A stretch of DNA of 64,000 bases from Bacteroidota bacterium (GTDB taxonomy: Bacteria; Bacteroidota; Bacteroidia; AKYH767-A; 2013-40CM-41-45): contig JANOVM010000057.1 of the NCBI GenBank assembly GCA_031417395.1, positions 18,078 to 82,077 on the forward strand, in the 5' to 3' direction. The notes beneath the pieces were generated by a model. It was not told where the DNA came from and did no database searches. It saw only the letters and a list, made by a program, of their open reading frames with translations. Shown one piece after another: positions 46,756 to 56,625 of the stretch (the first letter of the stretch is position 1; every line of letters begins with the position of its first letter). The position numbers and the translations under genes were made by a program.

Positions 46756-48930
46756 ATGGATTGTGGTCCGACCAGCCTGCGAATCATTGCCCGTTTCTAT
46801 GGCCGAAATCACTCGTTGGAATCGTTACGAAAGAAAAGTTACACCAATCGTGAAGGCTCCAGTTTGTCACAGTTAGCAGCTGCAGCGGAGTCTATTGGAT
46901 TTCGTTCACTTAGTGCAAAAATTGATTTTAAACAGCTTACGGAAGATGCTCCTCTTCCCTGTATTGTGCATTGGAATCAAAATCACTTTGTAGTAGTATA
47001 CAATGTAAAAAACAATAAGGTTTATGTATCCGACCCGGCTTTGGGATTGGTTTCTTATTCCAAAGAAGAGTTTATTGAACATTGGATAGGAGTCGGTGCA
47101 GGTGTTGACAAAAAGGAAGGTATCGTTTTGATGCTGGAGACAACTGCTGAGTTTTTTACGATGGAAGAGGATAAAGGTCCAAAGAAAAAAGGGCTTTCAA
47201 TAATGCTTCCGTACTTGTTTCCTCATAAACGCTATTTAGTACAAATATTATTAGGCCTGCTTGCCGGAAGTATATTATCACTTATTTTTCCTTTCCTCAC
47301 CCAGGCTGTTGTTGATATCGGTATTCGAAACAATGATCTTAATTTTATTTATCTGGTACTCATCGCCCAGTTATTTCTATTCTTCGGGCGTACTGCCATT
47401 GATGTAATCAGGGGTTGGCTGCTTATTCATTTGAGTACCCGGATTAGCATTTCTCTGGTATCAGATTTTTTCACTAAACTAATGCGTCTCCCAATTTCTT
47501 ATTTCGATTCGAAAATGAGTGGAGATATTTTACAACGTATCTCAGACAATAGACGTATTGAACACTTACTTACGGGAAGCTCTTTAAGTGTTTTATTCTC
47601 CTTGATTAATCTGATCTTTTTTGGTTTTATTCTGGCATTTTATGATATCCGGATTTTCCTCGTTTTTGTAGCAGGCAGCGCAATGTATGTAGGCTGGATT
47701 ACTTTTTTCCTTAAGAGGCGAGCAGTTATGGATTACCGCTCTTTTGACCTGCAATCAAAAAATCAGGACAAGGTTTTGGAATTGGTAAATGGAATGCAGG
47801 AAATAAAACTTAACAATGCTGAGCGGTATAAACGATGGGGCTGGGAGCATTTACAAGCTCGTTTATTCAAATTAAATTTAAAACAATTGGCGCTCAATCA
47901 AAGTCAGACTTATGGAGCCGGTGCCATAAATGAAGTAAAAAACATTCTGATATCATTTTTGTCGGCAAGCCTCGTAATAAAAGGCGAGATTACGGTGGGT
48001 GTAATGATGTCCATATCCTATATCATAGGCCAGCTCAACGGACCGGTTAGTGAGTTGGTTAGCTTTATGCATGACATACAGGATGCCCGTTTGAGTATGG
48101 AGCGTATGGCAGAAATTCATAACAGGGAAGATGAAGAACCCCAGGGAGCGGAAAAGATTAATGAATTACCAAAGGAGGGCTCGTTGTTTCTGGATAAAGT
48201 ATCCTTTCAATATTCAGGTCCTGAATCCAGCTGGGTAATTCGTAATATGAATTTAACAATACCCTACAATAAAATTACAGCCATTGTTGGAAGCAGTGGC
48301 AGTGGTAAAACCACTTTATTGAAGCTTTTGCTGAAATTTTATGAACCCGTAAGAGGAGAAATAAGATTAAATACCTATAATTTAAATAATATTTCACAAT
48401 CTGCATGGCGTGAAAAATGTGGTGTGGTAATGCAGGAAGGTTTTATTTTTAATGACACTATTGCTCACAATATAGCAGTAGGAACAGATAATATTAACCA
48501 GGAAAGACTGCAGGAGGCTGTGGAGATTGCAAACATCAGGGAATTCATTGAAGATTTACCTTTAGGTTACAATACAAAAATTGGACAGAATGGTGTAGGA
48601 ATTTCCGGCGGACAAAAACAAAGAATACTTATTGCACGAGCGGTTTATAAAAACCCTGATTATCTTTTATTCGATGAAGCAACTTCTGCTTTAGATGCGC
48701 GGAATGAAAAAATAATAATGGAAAATTTTTCAAGGTGGTTTCAGGGAAAAACTGTTATCGTTGTGGCTCACCGCTTAAGTACGGTTCGTAATGCAGATAA
48801 AATAGTTGTGTTGGAAAAAGGAAGGGTGTCAGAAGAGGGAACACATGAAGAATTAATTGCAATGAAAGGACTTTATTTTGGTCTTGTAAGAAATCAACTG
48901 GATCTTGATAAACTGGATGAAAAAGAATAG
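46756..48930 (+). CDS. peptidase C39 domain-containing ABC transporter (PCAT; bacteriocin/peptide cleavage-export ATPase)
   Basis: N-terminal C39 catalytic context MDCGPTSL...HWNQNHFVVVY. Six-TM ABC exporter core. Walker A GSSGSGKTT, ABC signature ISGGQKQR and Walker B LLFDEATSALD. Confidence 0.85.
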   Translation: MDCGPTSLRIIARFYGRNHSLESLRKKSYTNREGSSLSQLAAAAESIGFRSLSAKIDFKQLTEDAPLPCIVHWNQNHFVVVYNVKNNKVYVSDPALGLVSYSKEEFIEHWIGVGAGVDKKEGIVLMLETTAEFFTMEEDKGPKKKGLSIMLPYLFPHKRYLVQILLGLLAGSILSLIFPFLTQAVVDIGIRNNDLNFIYLVLIAQLFLFFGRTAIDVIRGWLLIHLSTRISISLVSDFFTKLMRLPISYFDSKMSGDILQRISDNRRIEHLLTGSSLSVLFSLINLIFFGFILAFYDIRIFLVFVAGSAMYVGWITFFLKRRAVMDYRSFDLQSKNQDKVLELVNGMQEIKLNNAERYKRWGWEHLQARLFKLNLKQLALNQSQTYGAGAINEVKNILISFLSASLVIKGEITVGVMMSISYIIGQLNGPVSELVSFMHDIQDARLSMERMAEIHNREDEEPQGAEKINELPKEGSLFLDKVSFQYSGPESSWVIRNMNLTIPYNKITAIVGSSGSGKTTLLKLLLKFYEPVRGEIRLNTYNLNNISQSAWREKCGVVMQEGFIFNDTIAHNIAVGTDNINQERLQEAVEIANIREFIEDLPLGYNTKIGQNGVGISGGQKQRILIARAVYKNPDYLLFDEATSALDARNEKIIMENFSRWFQGKTVIVVAHRLSTVRNADKIVVLEKGRVSEEGTHEELIAMKGLYFGLVRNQLDLDKLDEKE

Positions 48931-48933
48931 CAA

Positions 48934-50232
48934 ATGGCTAAGTTAAAAGAAGATATTGGCATTCGTAGTGAAGAGGTTCAGGACATCATGAGCAGGGTTC
49001 CTAACAGGCTCATCAGTCATGGACTTTCCGGAATTTTTCTTCTGATATTATTTGGCATGTTTTTATCCTGGTTTATTAAATATCCTGAAATAATAAGAGG
49101 AAAATTTATTCTAACCACTACCGTAGAACCGGTCAAGTTAGTTAGCCAGTCGAGCGGTGTTATCTCAAAGTTATATGTAAAGGATGGCGATTTTGCCGAG
49201 GCAGGAAAAGTCCTTGCCGAAATTGAAAACCCTTTATCGGCCGGTGCAGCTAATTACCTTCAGAACTATTTAGTAAAATTAGAAAAAGCTATTGAACGGA
49301 ATGCTGACGAATTACCCTTGCCTGATACTATGTTGGTTTCCTTGGGAGATTTGCAGAGTGTAGTGAATTCATTAATGAAAGAACTGCTTGTTTACAACAT
49401 TTCATCTACGTTAAAAATGGACGATGCGGAGATAAACAGCATAAAGAATAAAATTACGAACCAAAATGAAATGATTGCAGTAAATGAAAGAATAATTTCA
49501 ATTACTAAGAAGGATGTTCAAGATTCGAAATTGAAACTGGAAGCGGATGAAAAACTTTACAAAGAGTCATTTATTTCTAAGATGGAGTTTCTTCAATCGG
49601 AATCTGCCTTTAGGTCGAAAGAGTTGTCCCTGGAACAATTGTATCAAAGCCGGTTAAGTCAAAAGAATGTTTTGGATGCACTTGTATTGCAATTTAAACA
49701 GGCAGAATATAGTAAGTATAATAAAGGAAGAACCAACCTCGATGCTATAAAGGGCCTGAGCAAAGACATACGAACTTATGTTTACGGTTGGCAGCAAAAA
49801 TACAATCTTATTGCAATAAAGGCAGGAAGAGTGAATTTTTTGCAGCGCATCCAGGCCGGAAATTTTCTTAAGGGCGGGGAAGAACTTATGGCAATTACTG
49901 AACCCGGAGGAACGTATATGGGAGTGGCAACCGTTCCTGCCGGTGGATATGGAAAAGTTAAAGTCGGACAGGATGTAAATATTCTCCTTCAGAATTATCC
50001 CTACTATGAATACGGCATACTGAAGGGAAGGGTCAGTAACATTGCGCTATTCCCTAATACAAATGAGTACAGAGTTGAAATTTCAATGCCTAACGGCATG
50101 ATGTCTTCCCAGAAACAATTATTGAACTATACTCCGGAAATGGGTGGAGATGCAGAAATTATCACCGAAGACAGAAGAATTTTAGAGCGATTGTTTGATT
50201 CGATTATTAAAGCATTAAAAAGAAAACAATAA
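48934..50232 (+). CDS. HlyD-family membrane fusion/secretion protein
   Basis: Single N-terminal TM helix. Long coiled-coil region. The C-terminal beta-domain has ...VATVPAGGYGKVKVGQDVNILLQNYP. It is 3 bp downstream of the PCAT gene. Confidence 0.75.
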   Translation: MAKLKEDIGIRSEEVQDIMSRVPNRLISHGLSGIFLLILFGMFLSWFIKYPEIIRGKFILTTTVEPVKLVSQSSGVISKLYVKDGDFAEAGKVLAEIENPLSAGAANYLQNYLVKLEKAIERNADELPLPDTMLVSLGDLQSVVNSLMKELLVYNISSTLKMDDAEINSIKNKITNQNEMIAVNERIISITKKDVQDSKLKLEADEKLYKESFISKMEFLQSESAFRSKELSLEQLYQSRLSQKNVLDALVLQFKQAEYSKYNKGRTNLDAIKGLSKDIRTYVYGWQQKYNLIAIKAGRVNFLQRIQAGNFLKGGEELMAITEPGGTYMGVATVPAGGYGKVKVGQDVNILLQNYPYYEYGILKGRVSNIALFPNTNEYRVEISMPNGMMSSQKQLLNYTPEMGGDAEIITEDRRILERLFDSIIKALKRKQ

Positions 50233-50243
50233 AATTTTATAAA

Positions 50244-51038
50244 ATGCCTATCAGGAAAATAATTTCACTAATAGATTTTACGGGAGTTTCTCAATTGGCA
50301 TTAGAACATACTGCAATAATTGCCCGTCAAAGCATTTGTCTTGTTACGTTACTTCACATAGCCGACGAAAGTAAAAGAAAAGATGAGAAAGAATTAAAAA
50401 ACCAGATTAGAGAGTTTGCCTCTCATCTGGAAGATGAGGGCGTTTCTTTTGCCATTCAAATTGATTATGGTAATTTTTTCGAAATAATAGCGAATAGTAT
50501 AGAAAAACTTGATTGCGATTTAATTGTAATCGGAACCCACGGTATCAAAGGAATAAAGCAAAACTTTGTAAGTTCAAATATTGTTAAATTAATTAGGTTA
50601 ATTTCTACACCGGCATTAATTATTCAGGGTCATAGTCAAACTCCGCAGGAAGGTTATTTAAATATGTTAGTACCCATGCTTGAAACAGCTGATCCAAAAA
50701 TTCTGGAAAAACCTGTTGAACAATTTTCTTCCCTTTTTAAATCAAACCTTCACCTCCTGGGTTTTTATGTAAAGGAAATGGAACAAACTTTTACCCAAAA
50801 AACAAACGATCAGGCTGCAAGGTTCAGGACTATGGGTTTTAATACACATGTTCAAATGGAAGAAACAAGTGTGTATACAAGCAGTTATTCAAGATCAATT
50901 ATTCAGTATGCCGACATTGAAGATATTGAAGTGCTCGTTTTAGTTTTCCATGAATCGGAAGGAATTAAAAACTTTGACAATGCCGACATGGAAAATATTT
51001 TACTGAATAGGTTAGGAAAGCCTGTGCTTTGTATTTAA
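50244..51038 (+). CDS. universal stress protein (tandem UspA-like domains)
   Basis: LIVIGTHGIKGIKQNFVSSNIVKLI matches the Usp G-x2-G-x9-G(S/T) ATP-binding motif. A weaker second domain is present. Confidence 0.55.
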   Translation: MPIRKIISLIDFTGVSQLALEHTAIIARQSICLVTLLHIADESKRKDEKELKNQIREFASHLEDEGVSFAIQIDYGNFFEIIANSIEKLDCDLIVIGTHGIKGIKQNFVSSNIVKLIRLISTPALIIQGHSQTPQEGYLNMLVPMLETADPKILEKPVEQFSSLFKSNLHLLGFYVKEMEQTFTQKTNDQAARFRTMGFNTHVQMEETSVYTSSYSRSIIQYADIEDIEVLVLVFHESEGIKNFDNADMENILLNRLGKPVLCI

Positions 51039-51053
51039 TTCAATTACCGGGAA

Positions 51054-51653
51054 TTATTTTTCTTTCCATTCTACGGAAACAATAATTTCATTTCTTCTTC
51101 CGAAAAGCTGATAGGGAGGATTGTATCCTAAAAAACGATAATGGCCGTAAGGTTTAATATTTTTTTCTTTTAAAAGAAGCATGAGTTTTTCTGAATAGAT
51201 TTTGATATCTTCCTGAGAAGCAAAGCCGCCGAATTGAATGGCCGCGACATATTCTTCTTTCGTTTTTTTAATAATTACTTCGGGATCATTGGGTTTGGGT
51301 AAATTACCTTCATTGTAAGCAGAAGGCATTACAAAGCTCATGGTCGAGACGGAATCATTAATATCCATGTGTACCGGTGCCGTCATGGAAATTTTTACTT
51401 CCGATTCATTTCCTCCAAAGATATACCCGGCCAGTCGGCGAAATCCCGGACCGGATAATTCCTTATAAGTTTTTGCCTTTGAACGAATGGTTGCCATCGT
51501 CGCAGAAGGATAGAAACGGATTTCAAAATCGTTTTCTCTTTGTACTACAGTATAATTTTGCTCTTCTGTTTTATTGGTTGACATAATCGTATATCCTTGA
51601 ACTAATATTATTATTCCGATAAGTATCAGAGTTATTATTAGAATTATTTTCAT
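51054..51653 (-). CDS. SOUL/HBP family heme-binding protein
   Basis: Signal/TM. YE.R.Y.......T....F.RLAGYIFGGN....I.MTAPV pattern typical of SOUL domains. Confidence 0.6.
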   Translation of the reverse strand: MKIILIITLILIGIIILVQGYTIMSTNKTEEQNYTVVQRENDFEIRFYPSATMATIRSKAKTYKELSGPGFRRLAGYIFGGNESEVKISMTAPVHMDINDSVSTMSFVMPSAYNEGNLPKPNDPEVIIKKTKEEYVAAIQFGGFASQEDIKIYSEKLMLLLKEKNIKPYGHYRFLGYNPPYQLFGRRNEIIVSVEWKEK

Positions 51654-51828
51654 GGTAAAATCAATTAGTTTAGAATTCAGCCGTCGGTCCTATAGGGCTT
51701 TAATTATTTATAAAAATTCCGAAAATTATTATGGGAGAAATATTCAGCTATGAAAGTATTTTTTTCTATACTATTAGCAGAGATATTTATTCAGAAGATT
51801 GCACGTATAAAATAAAGCAATCAGATTG

Positions 51829-52332
51829 TTATTTCCCTTTCTTCAAAATGGAATTAGCTTCTTGCAAAAAAGTAAGTTCTTCCTTACCCTGCACAGCTCC
51901 GCGCGGATAACCAAGTGAGCCCAGTGTTGAAAGATTAAAACTCTTATCGTCTTTATTCTTTTTTAGGTAAAGCAGCCATACAGTAGGATAACCCTGAACC
52001 TGAAGTGCCTGTTGCAGGCCTTTATTCTGCTGTGCTAGCTCAGCAGGGAGTTGTTTATTTCTGGGGAAATCAAGCTCGACTAAAACCACACTTTTTTTAG
52101 CCCAATCTATAAAGCTTTGTTTTGAGAAAACATCATTCTGCAATTTATGACACCATCCACACCAGTCGCTGCCGGTAAAGAAGGCAAAAATAGGTTTACC
52201 GGATTTTTTTGAAATCTCATCGGCTTTCATCATATCGGTGTACCAAACCAGACCGCCTTTGGTTTCTTGGGCTACCGTGTAATTACAAATTAATAAAAGA
52301 ACGCATGCAGTAATGAATAGGCTGGCTTTCAT
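51829..52332 (-). CDS. thioredoxin-like protein (periplasmic, WCGWC active site)
   Basis: Signal peptide. FFTGSDWCGWCHKL is a thioredoxin-fold CxxC motif. Confidence 0.65.
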   Translation of the reverse strand: MKASLFITACVLLLICNYTVAQETKGGLVWYTDMMKADEISKKSGKPIFAFFTGSDWCGWCHKLQNDVFSKQSFIDWAKKSVVLVELDFPRNKQLPAELAQQNKGLQQALQVQGYPTVWLLYLKKNKDDKSFNLSTLGSLGYPRGAVQGKEELTFLQEANSILKKGK

Positions 52333-52450
52333 AGGTTGGCTTAATTTTTACAATTTACAAAAGTAAGGATAAATTTTAATTAGAACAACTTGAAAATTAA
52401 AGTCTTCCGATGGGAAAGCTTTTCAGTTAGGGATTTTTACTTTATTCCAT

Positions 52451-54037
52451 TCAGGGATGTGCAACAGTTATCACAAGCTTTGCATTATTTTCCACAAGAC
52501 TGAAATCAGAAGATTCAATAAAACTATCGCCTGTCAAATCAGCGTTTAAGTAGCCTGTAAAGAATACTATTGCTTTCGATGATAAAACGGAAACATCTAT
52601 TGAATCAATAACTCCATTTTGATTTACATCACCGCTATAAAGAGCGAAAACTCCACCACCCATATCTTTTAATTGGTTTTGATATGCTTTTGAGGCCAGA
52701 TTGGTAAATGAATAATTAGCAAAGGCACTGCTTAGCATAACCGGTAATGAGCTCCAGGTTTCTATGGAATTTCTATGCTTGACGACAATGTAATAGCTCC
52801 CGGCCACAATCTGAGGGAATGTGAAATTGCCGGTGCCGGCTGTACTAATCGTGCTTTTAGAACTATAGGCCAATACATGATTTGCACCGGGTAAATGTAA
52901 CTCTACAACAACTGTATCGCAAAGCAAAGGGTAAAGCACGGCATTAATTGAAGGCTTCATTATTCCGGCACCTAAATAAAAACCCTGTAAATACATTTGA
53001 ACATTTAATGTCAATGACAAATAATTTACACAGGATCCCGGAGCTGTAAACGGTTTAAACCACCGCAAACAATCCTGTTGGTAACTGAGCGCTTCTGAAC
53101 TGGAAACATCTCTGCAAAGCCAGGCGCTCACATGGGTGCTATCCGGGCATCTTCTTGAAATGGCAAATCCTTCAATATTTACATTCGTGCCCGAAGGATT
53201 AGAAATTGCATATTCTGCTTTAGTGACGAACTTTTTTATACTTCCGGAAACCGTTGTAGTTGTAAGGTTGGTAACTTCCAGTGAATTGCCTGAAGTATTA
53301 TGAAGTATATAGAGCAATCCGGTGGTTTGATCAAAAGCAAGATCACAACTTTCTGTTTTATTTGTCTGATATTTTCCAACATAGACAAAATCATTGCTCA
53401 CATTTGGATTAAGGTCAAAGACCCATATATACCCCTGATCCTGGTGTGAAATGAAAATCAATCCTCCCATACCTTTTACAGAAGTATAAAGTGCTCCCGT
53501 TGACTGGCTGATAAAACCTATTGCTGACAAAAAACTATCGGGAATAAAGGTAATACCTTCCGGCCCGGTATTTCCGGTGTTTGTCATAGGAGAAGGTGCT
53601 GCAAGTATGTTCCAGGATTTCGCTAATGTCAGAGTGGAAAAATCAGACGGATGGGTATATTTTCTTATTAGATAATTATTCTCATCAATATCATAAAATT
53701 CATTGGCATTCAGATTTGCTTGTGTAATTCCTTCCGGTCCTCCGGAAACAGAATTGGCGGCAATCAATGAAAAACTATTTGTAACTGAATTATACTGCAA
53801 TACTTTTAACTGTCCAATATTTGAAATAGTATAAAGTCTTTTTGTAACATCATTCCAGAATAATCCGCTTAACTCAATTATACCGGAAGGATTCAAAATA
53901 GAAGTAAGATTTACAGCACTACTCCATGACTGAGAAGGCCATGCGGTTTGAGCCGTAATCTTATTGGAATACAAAAGCGAAATAAAGAAAACAATATATC
54001 CAAAGAGTAAAAGTGTTTTCTTTTTTTGATAGAACAT
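52451..54037 (-). CDS. secreted phytase-like/SdiA-regulated-type propeller protein with a C-terminal dockerin-like double Ca-binding repeat
   Basis: Signal peptide. ...ELSGLFWNDVTKRLYTISN...GGPEGIT. The C-terminus GDVNQNGVIDSIDVSVL / ADLTGDSFIESSDFSLV resembles paired dockerin type I repeats. There is no T9SS CTD. Confidence 0.45.
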   Translation of the reverse strand: MFYQKKKTLLLFGYIVFFISLLYSNKITAQTAWPSQSWSSAVNLTSILNPSGIIELSGLFWNDVTKRLYTISNIGQLKVLQYNSVTNSFSLIAANSVSGGPEGITQANLNANEFYDIDENNYLIRKYTHPSDFSTLTLAKSWNILAAPSPMTNTGNTGPEGITFIPDSFLSAIGFISQSTGALYTSVKGMGGLIFISHQDQGYIWVFDLNPNVSNDFVYVGKYQTNKTESCDLAFDQTTGLLYILHNTSGNSLEVTNLTTTTVSGSIKKFVTKAEYAISNPSGTNVNIEGFAISRRCPDSTHVSAWLCRDVSSSEALSYQQDCLRWFKPFTAPGSCVNYLSLTLNVQMYLQGFYLGAGIMKPSINAVLYPLLCDTVVVELHLPGANHVLAYSSKSTISTAGTGNFTFPQIVAGSYYIVVKHRNSIETWSSLPVMLSSAFANYSFTNLASKAYQNQLKDMGGGVFALYSGDVNQNGVIDSIDVSVLSSKAIVFFTGYLNADLTGDSFIESSDFSLVENNAKLVITVAHP

Positions 54038-54175
54038 TTAACCGAAAGTTAGAAAATAAGCTATAACCCTTTGTTAATTGGGCATCGGACCAATTAGTTT
54101 TAATAAACATACTGAATTTTATCGAAAAACCAATCATTATTCTATTTTTGCAAGATTAATCTAAAATTTAACACT

Positions 54176-56359
54176 ATGCGTACTACTACTGCATTACTTT
54201 GCGTCTTATTTTCTCTGCCCGTTATAGGAAGGCCACCAATTACTTCTAAAATAAAAATTGAACAGGCTATCAAAACAGAATCAAACACAGAATCCTTGGT
54301 TGCTCCGGATATAAATCCTGTACAGCAGCCATGGAGCGGCCCCTATGGCGGCATACCACCTTTCGATAAAGTTGAAATTTCTTATTTCAAGCCTGCTCTT
54401 GAAGCAGCGATGAGTGAGAACTTAAAAGAAATCGAAGCAATAGCAACAAATACTGCTCCGCCAACATTTGAAAATACCATTAAAGCAATGGAGCGTTCCG
54501 GTAAAACCATGGATAGGGTTCAAACGCTTTTTGGAATATGGAGTTCTAATATGAATGTTCCGGAATTTCAGGAAATAGAGACAGAGATGTCTCCCAAGCT
54601 TGCGGAATTCTCTGATAAGATAACTCAGAATGAAAAATTATTCAGAAGAATAGAAACAGTTTATAACTCAACCGAAAAGAAAACCTTAAATGACGAGCAA
54701 CAGCGATTAGTTTGGTTATACTATACAAATTTCGTAAGGGCAGGAGCTAAACTCGATGCAACAACAAAAGAGAAACTTTCCGGGATCAATCAGGAACTTG
54801 CCGGGCTTTTTACAAAATTCAGTCAGAACTTAATGTCAGACGAATCAGAATTATATGTTGAGATAAAAACAGAAGCAGAACTTTCCGGATTGCCCCAATC
54901 TTTAAAAGACGCAGCTTCCAATGCTGCTACACAGAGGAAACTCAACGGTTCATGGGTAATAACAAATACACGTTCTTCCGTTGATCCTTTTTTGACCTAT
55001 TCCGATAATAGAAATCTTCGCGAGAAAGTTTGGAAGATGTTTATCAGTCGTGGTGACAATGGGGGAGAACATGATAATAATTCTATTATTACAACCATAC
55101 TTAGACTTCGTGCCGATAGAGCAAAACTTCTCGGCTTTGCAAGCCATGCTCACTGGCGTGTAGAAAACACAATGGCAAAAACTCCGGAAAAAGCCATAGA
55201 ACTTATGGAAAGTGTCTGGCCTCCTGCTATTGAAAGAGTAAAAGAAGAAGTAAAGAGTATGCAGGAAATGGCAAATAAAGAAAAAGCAAATATTACCATT
55301 GAGCCCTGGGATTATCGGTATTATGCAGAGAAAGTAAGAAAAGATCGCTACGATCTTGATCAAAATGAAGTGAAGCAATATTTGCAGCTTGAGAAATTAC
55401 GCGAAGGAATGTTTTGGGTTGCGGGTGAATTATTCAATTTCAGTTTTACCCCTGTTAAAGATGTTACTGTTTATCATCCTGATGTTCGTGTATGGCAGGT
55501 AAAAGATAAAACATCGGGAAAATTAATCGGCCTTTGGTATTTCGATGCTTATGCCAGAAAAGGAAAGCGTTCCGGTGCATGGATGAATGCTTATAGAAAT
55601 CAGCAGCGTGTGGACAATGAAATTACAACGATCGTTTCTAACAATTCAAATTTTATTAAAGGCAAAGAAGGTGAGCCTGTTTTAATTTCCTGGGATGATG
55701 CTACAACATTGTTTCATGAATTTGGACATGCATTACACGGACTTGCTTCCAATGTTGTATATCCTACCCTTTCAGGAACAAATGTGGTAAGAGATTATGT
55801 TGAATTTCCTTCACAGCTTCTAGAACATTGGCTGTCGACACCGGAAGTACTTTCGCAATTTGCTATCCATTATAAGACAGGTCAGGCTATTCCAAAATCA
55901 CTTGTGGAGAGAATCGAAAAGGCATCTAAATTCAATAAAGGTTTTACTACTACGGAATATCTTTCAAGTGCCCTGGTAGATATGAAAATACACTTGTCAA
56001 AAGCTGAAATCATTGATCCGAAAGCGTTCGAGCGCGAAACTCTTGAAAAATTAGGAATGCCCAAAGAGCTTGTCATGCGTCATCGTTTACCTCAGTTCGC
56101 TCATATTTTTAGTTCGGATGATTATTCGGCGGGCTATTACAGTTATTTATGGTCTGATGTATTGACGGCAGATGCTTATGAAGCATTTACAGAAGGCGGT
56201 GGTCCGTATAGCAAAACTGTTGCAGATCGTTTAATTAAATACATTTTTTCAGTCGGGAATACCATTGACCCACAGGATGGATATAAGAAATTCAAAGGAA
56301 GAGATGCAAGCAGCGATGCTTTAATGCGTAAACGTGGTTTTCCTGTAATTAAAAAATAA
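54176..56359 (+). CDS. dcp: M3 family zinc metallopeptidase (peptidyl-dipeptidase Dcp / oligopeptidase A-like)
   Basis: HEFGHALHG HExxH motif in the M3 context. Size 727 aa. N-terminal signal peptide. Confidence 0.8.
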   Translation: MRTTTALLCVLFSLPVIGRPPITSKIKIEQAIKTESNTESLVAPDINPVQQPWSGPYGGIPPFDKVEISYFKPALEAAMSENLKEIEAIATNTAPPTFENTIKAMERSGKTMDRVQTLFGIWSSNMNVPEFQEIETEMSPKLAEFSDKITQNEKLFRRIETVYNSTEKKTLNDEQQRLVWLYYTNFVRAGAKLDATTKEKLSGINQELAGLFTKFSQNLMSDESELYVEIKTEAELSGLPQSLKDAASNAATQRKLNGSWVITNTRSSVDPFLTYSDNRNLREKVWKMFISRGDNGGEHDNNSIITTILRLRADRAKLLGFASHAHWRVENTMAKTPEKAIELMESVWPPAIERVKEEVKSMQEMANKEKANITIEPWDYRYYAEKVRKDRYDLDQNEVKQYLQLEKLREGMFWVAGELFNFSFTPVKDVTVYHPDVRVWQVKDKTSGKLIGLWYFDAYARKGKRSGAWMNAYRNQQRVDNEITTIVSNNSNFIKGKEGEPVLISWDDATTLFHEFGHALHGLASNVVYPTLSGTNVVRDYVEFPSQLLEHWLSTPEVLSQFAIHYKTGQAIPKSLVERIEKASKFNKGFTTTEYLSSALVDMKIHLSKAEIIDPKAFERETLEKLGMPKELVMRHRLPQFAHIFSSDDYSAGYYSYLWSDVLTADAYEAFTEGGGPYSKTVADRLIKYIFSVGNTIDPQDGYKKFKGRDASSDALMRKRGFPVIKK

Positions 56360-56410
56360 AAATAAATTAAAGGGCTCCGCTGAGACGGATATAGGTATTC
56401 CCAATAATAA

Positions 56411-56467
56411 AACCAACGCTGCTAATATTGATTTTAAAATCTTTATTAGCAGCGTTGGTTTTTTATT
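56411..56467 (+). terminator. intrinsic terminator after the M3 peptidase gene
   Basis: aaaccaacgctgctaat...attagcagcgttggttt followed by a T-run. Confidence 0.65.
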
Positions 56468-56625
56468 TAGCAGTTAATAAGAACCAATATCTTAAGCCTG
56501 ATTCTTTAGCTAAAACTAATTAACATTTATGCTCGTTAGACTGCTTATAAGTGAAATAATAAGTAAGCTTGTTGTAATAAACTATATCCTTATATTGTGT
56601 TATTGTTAAAAATTAAAAACGAGCA

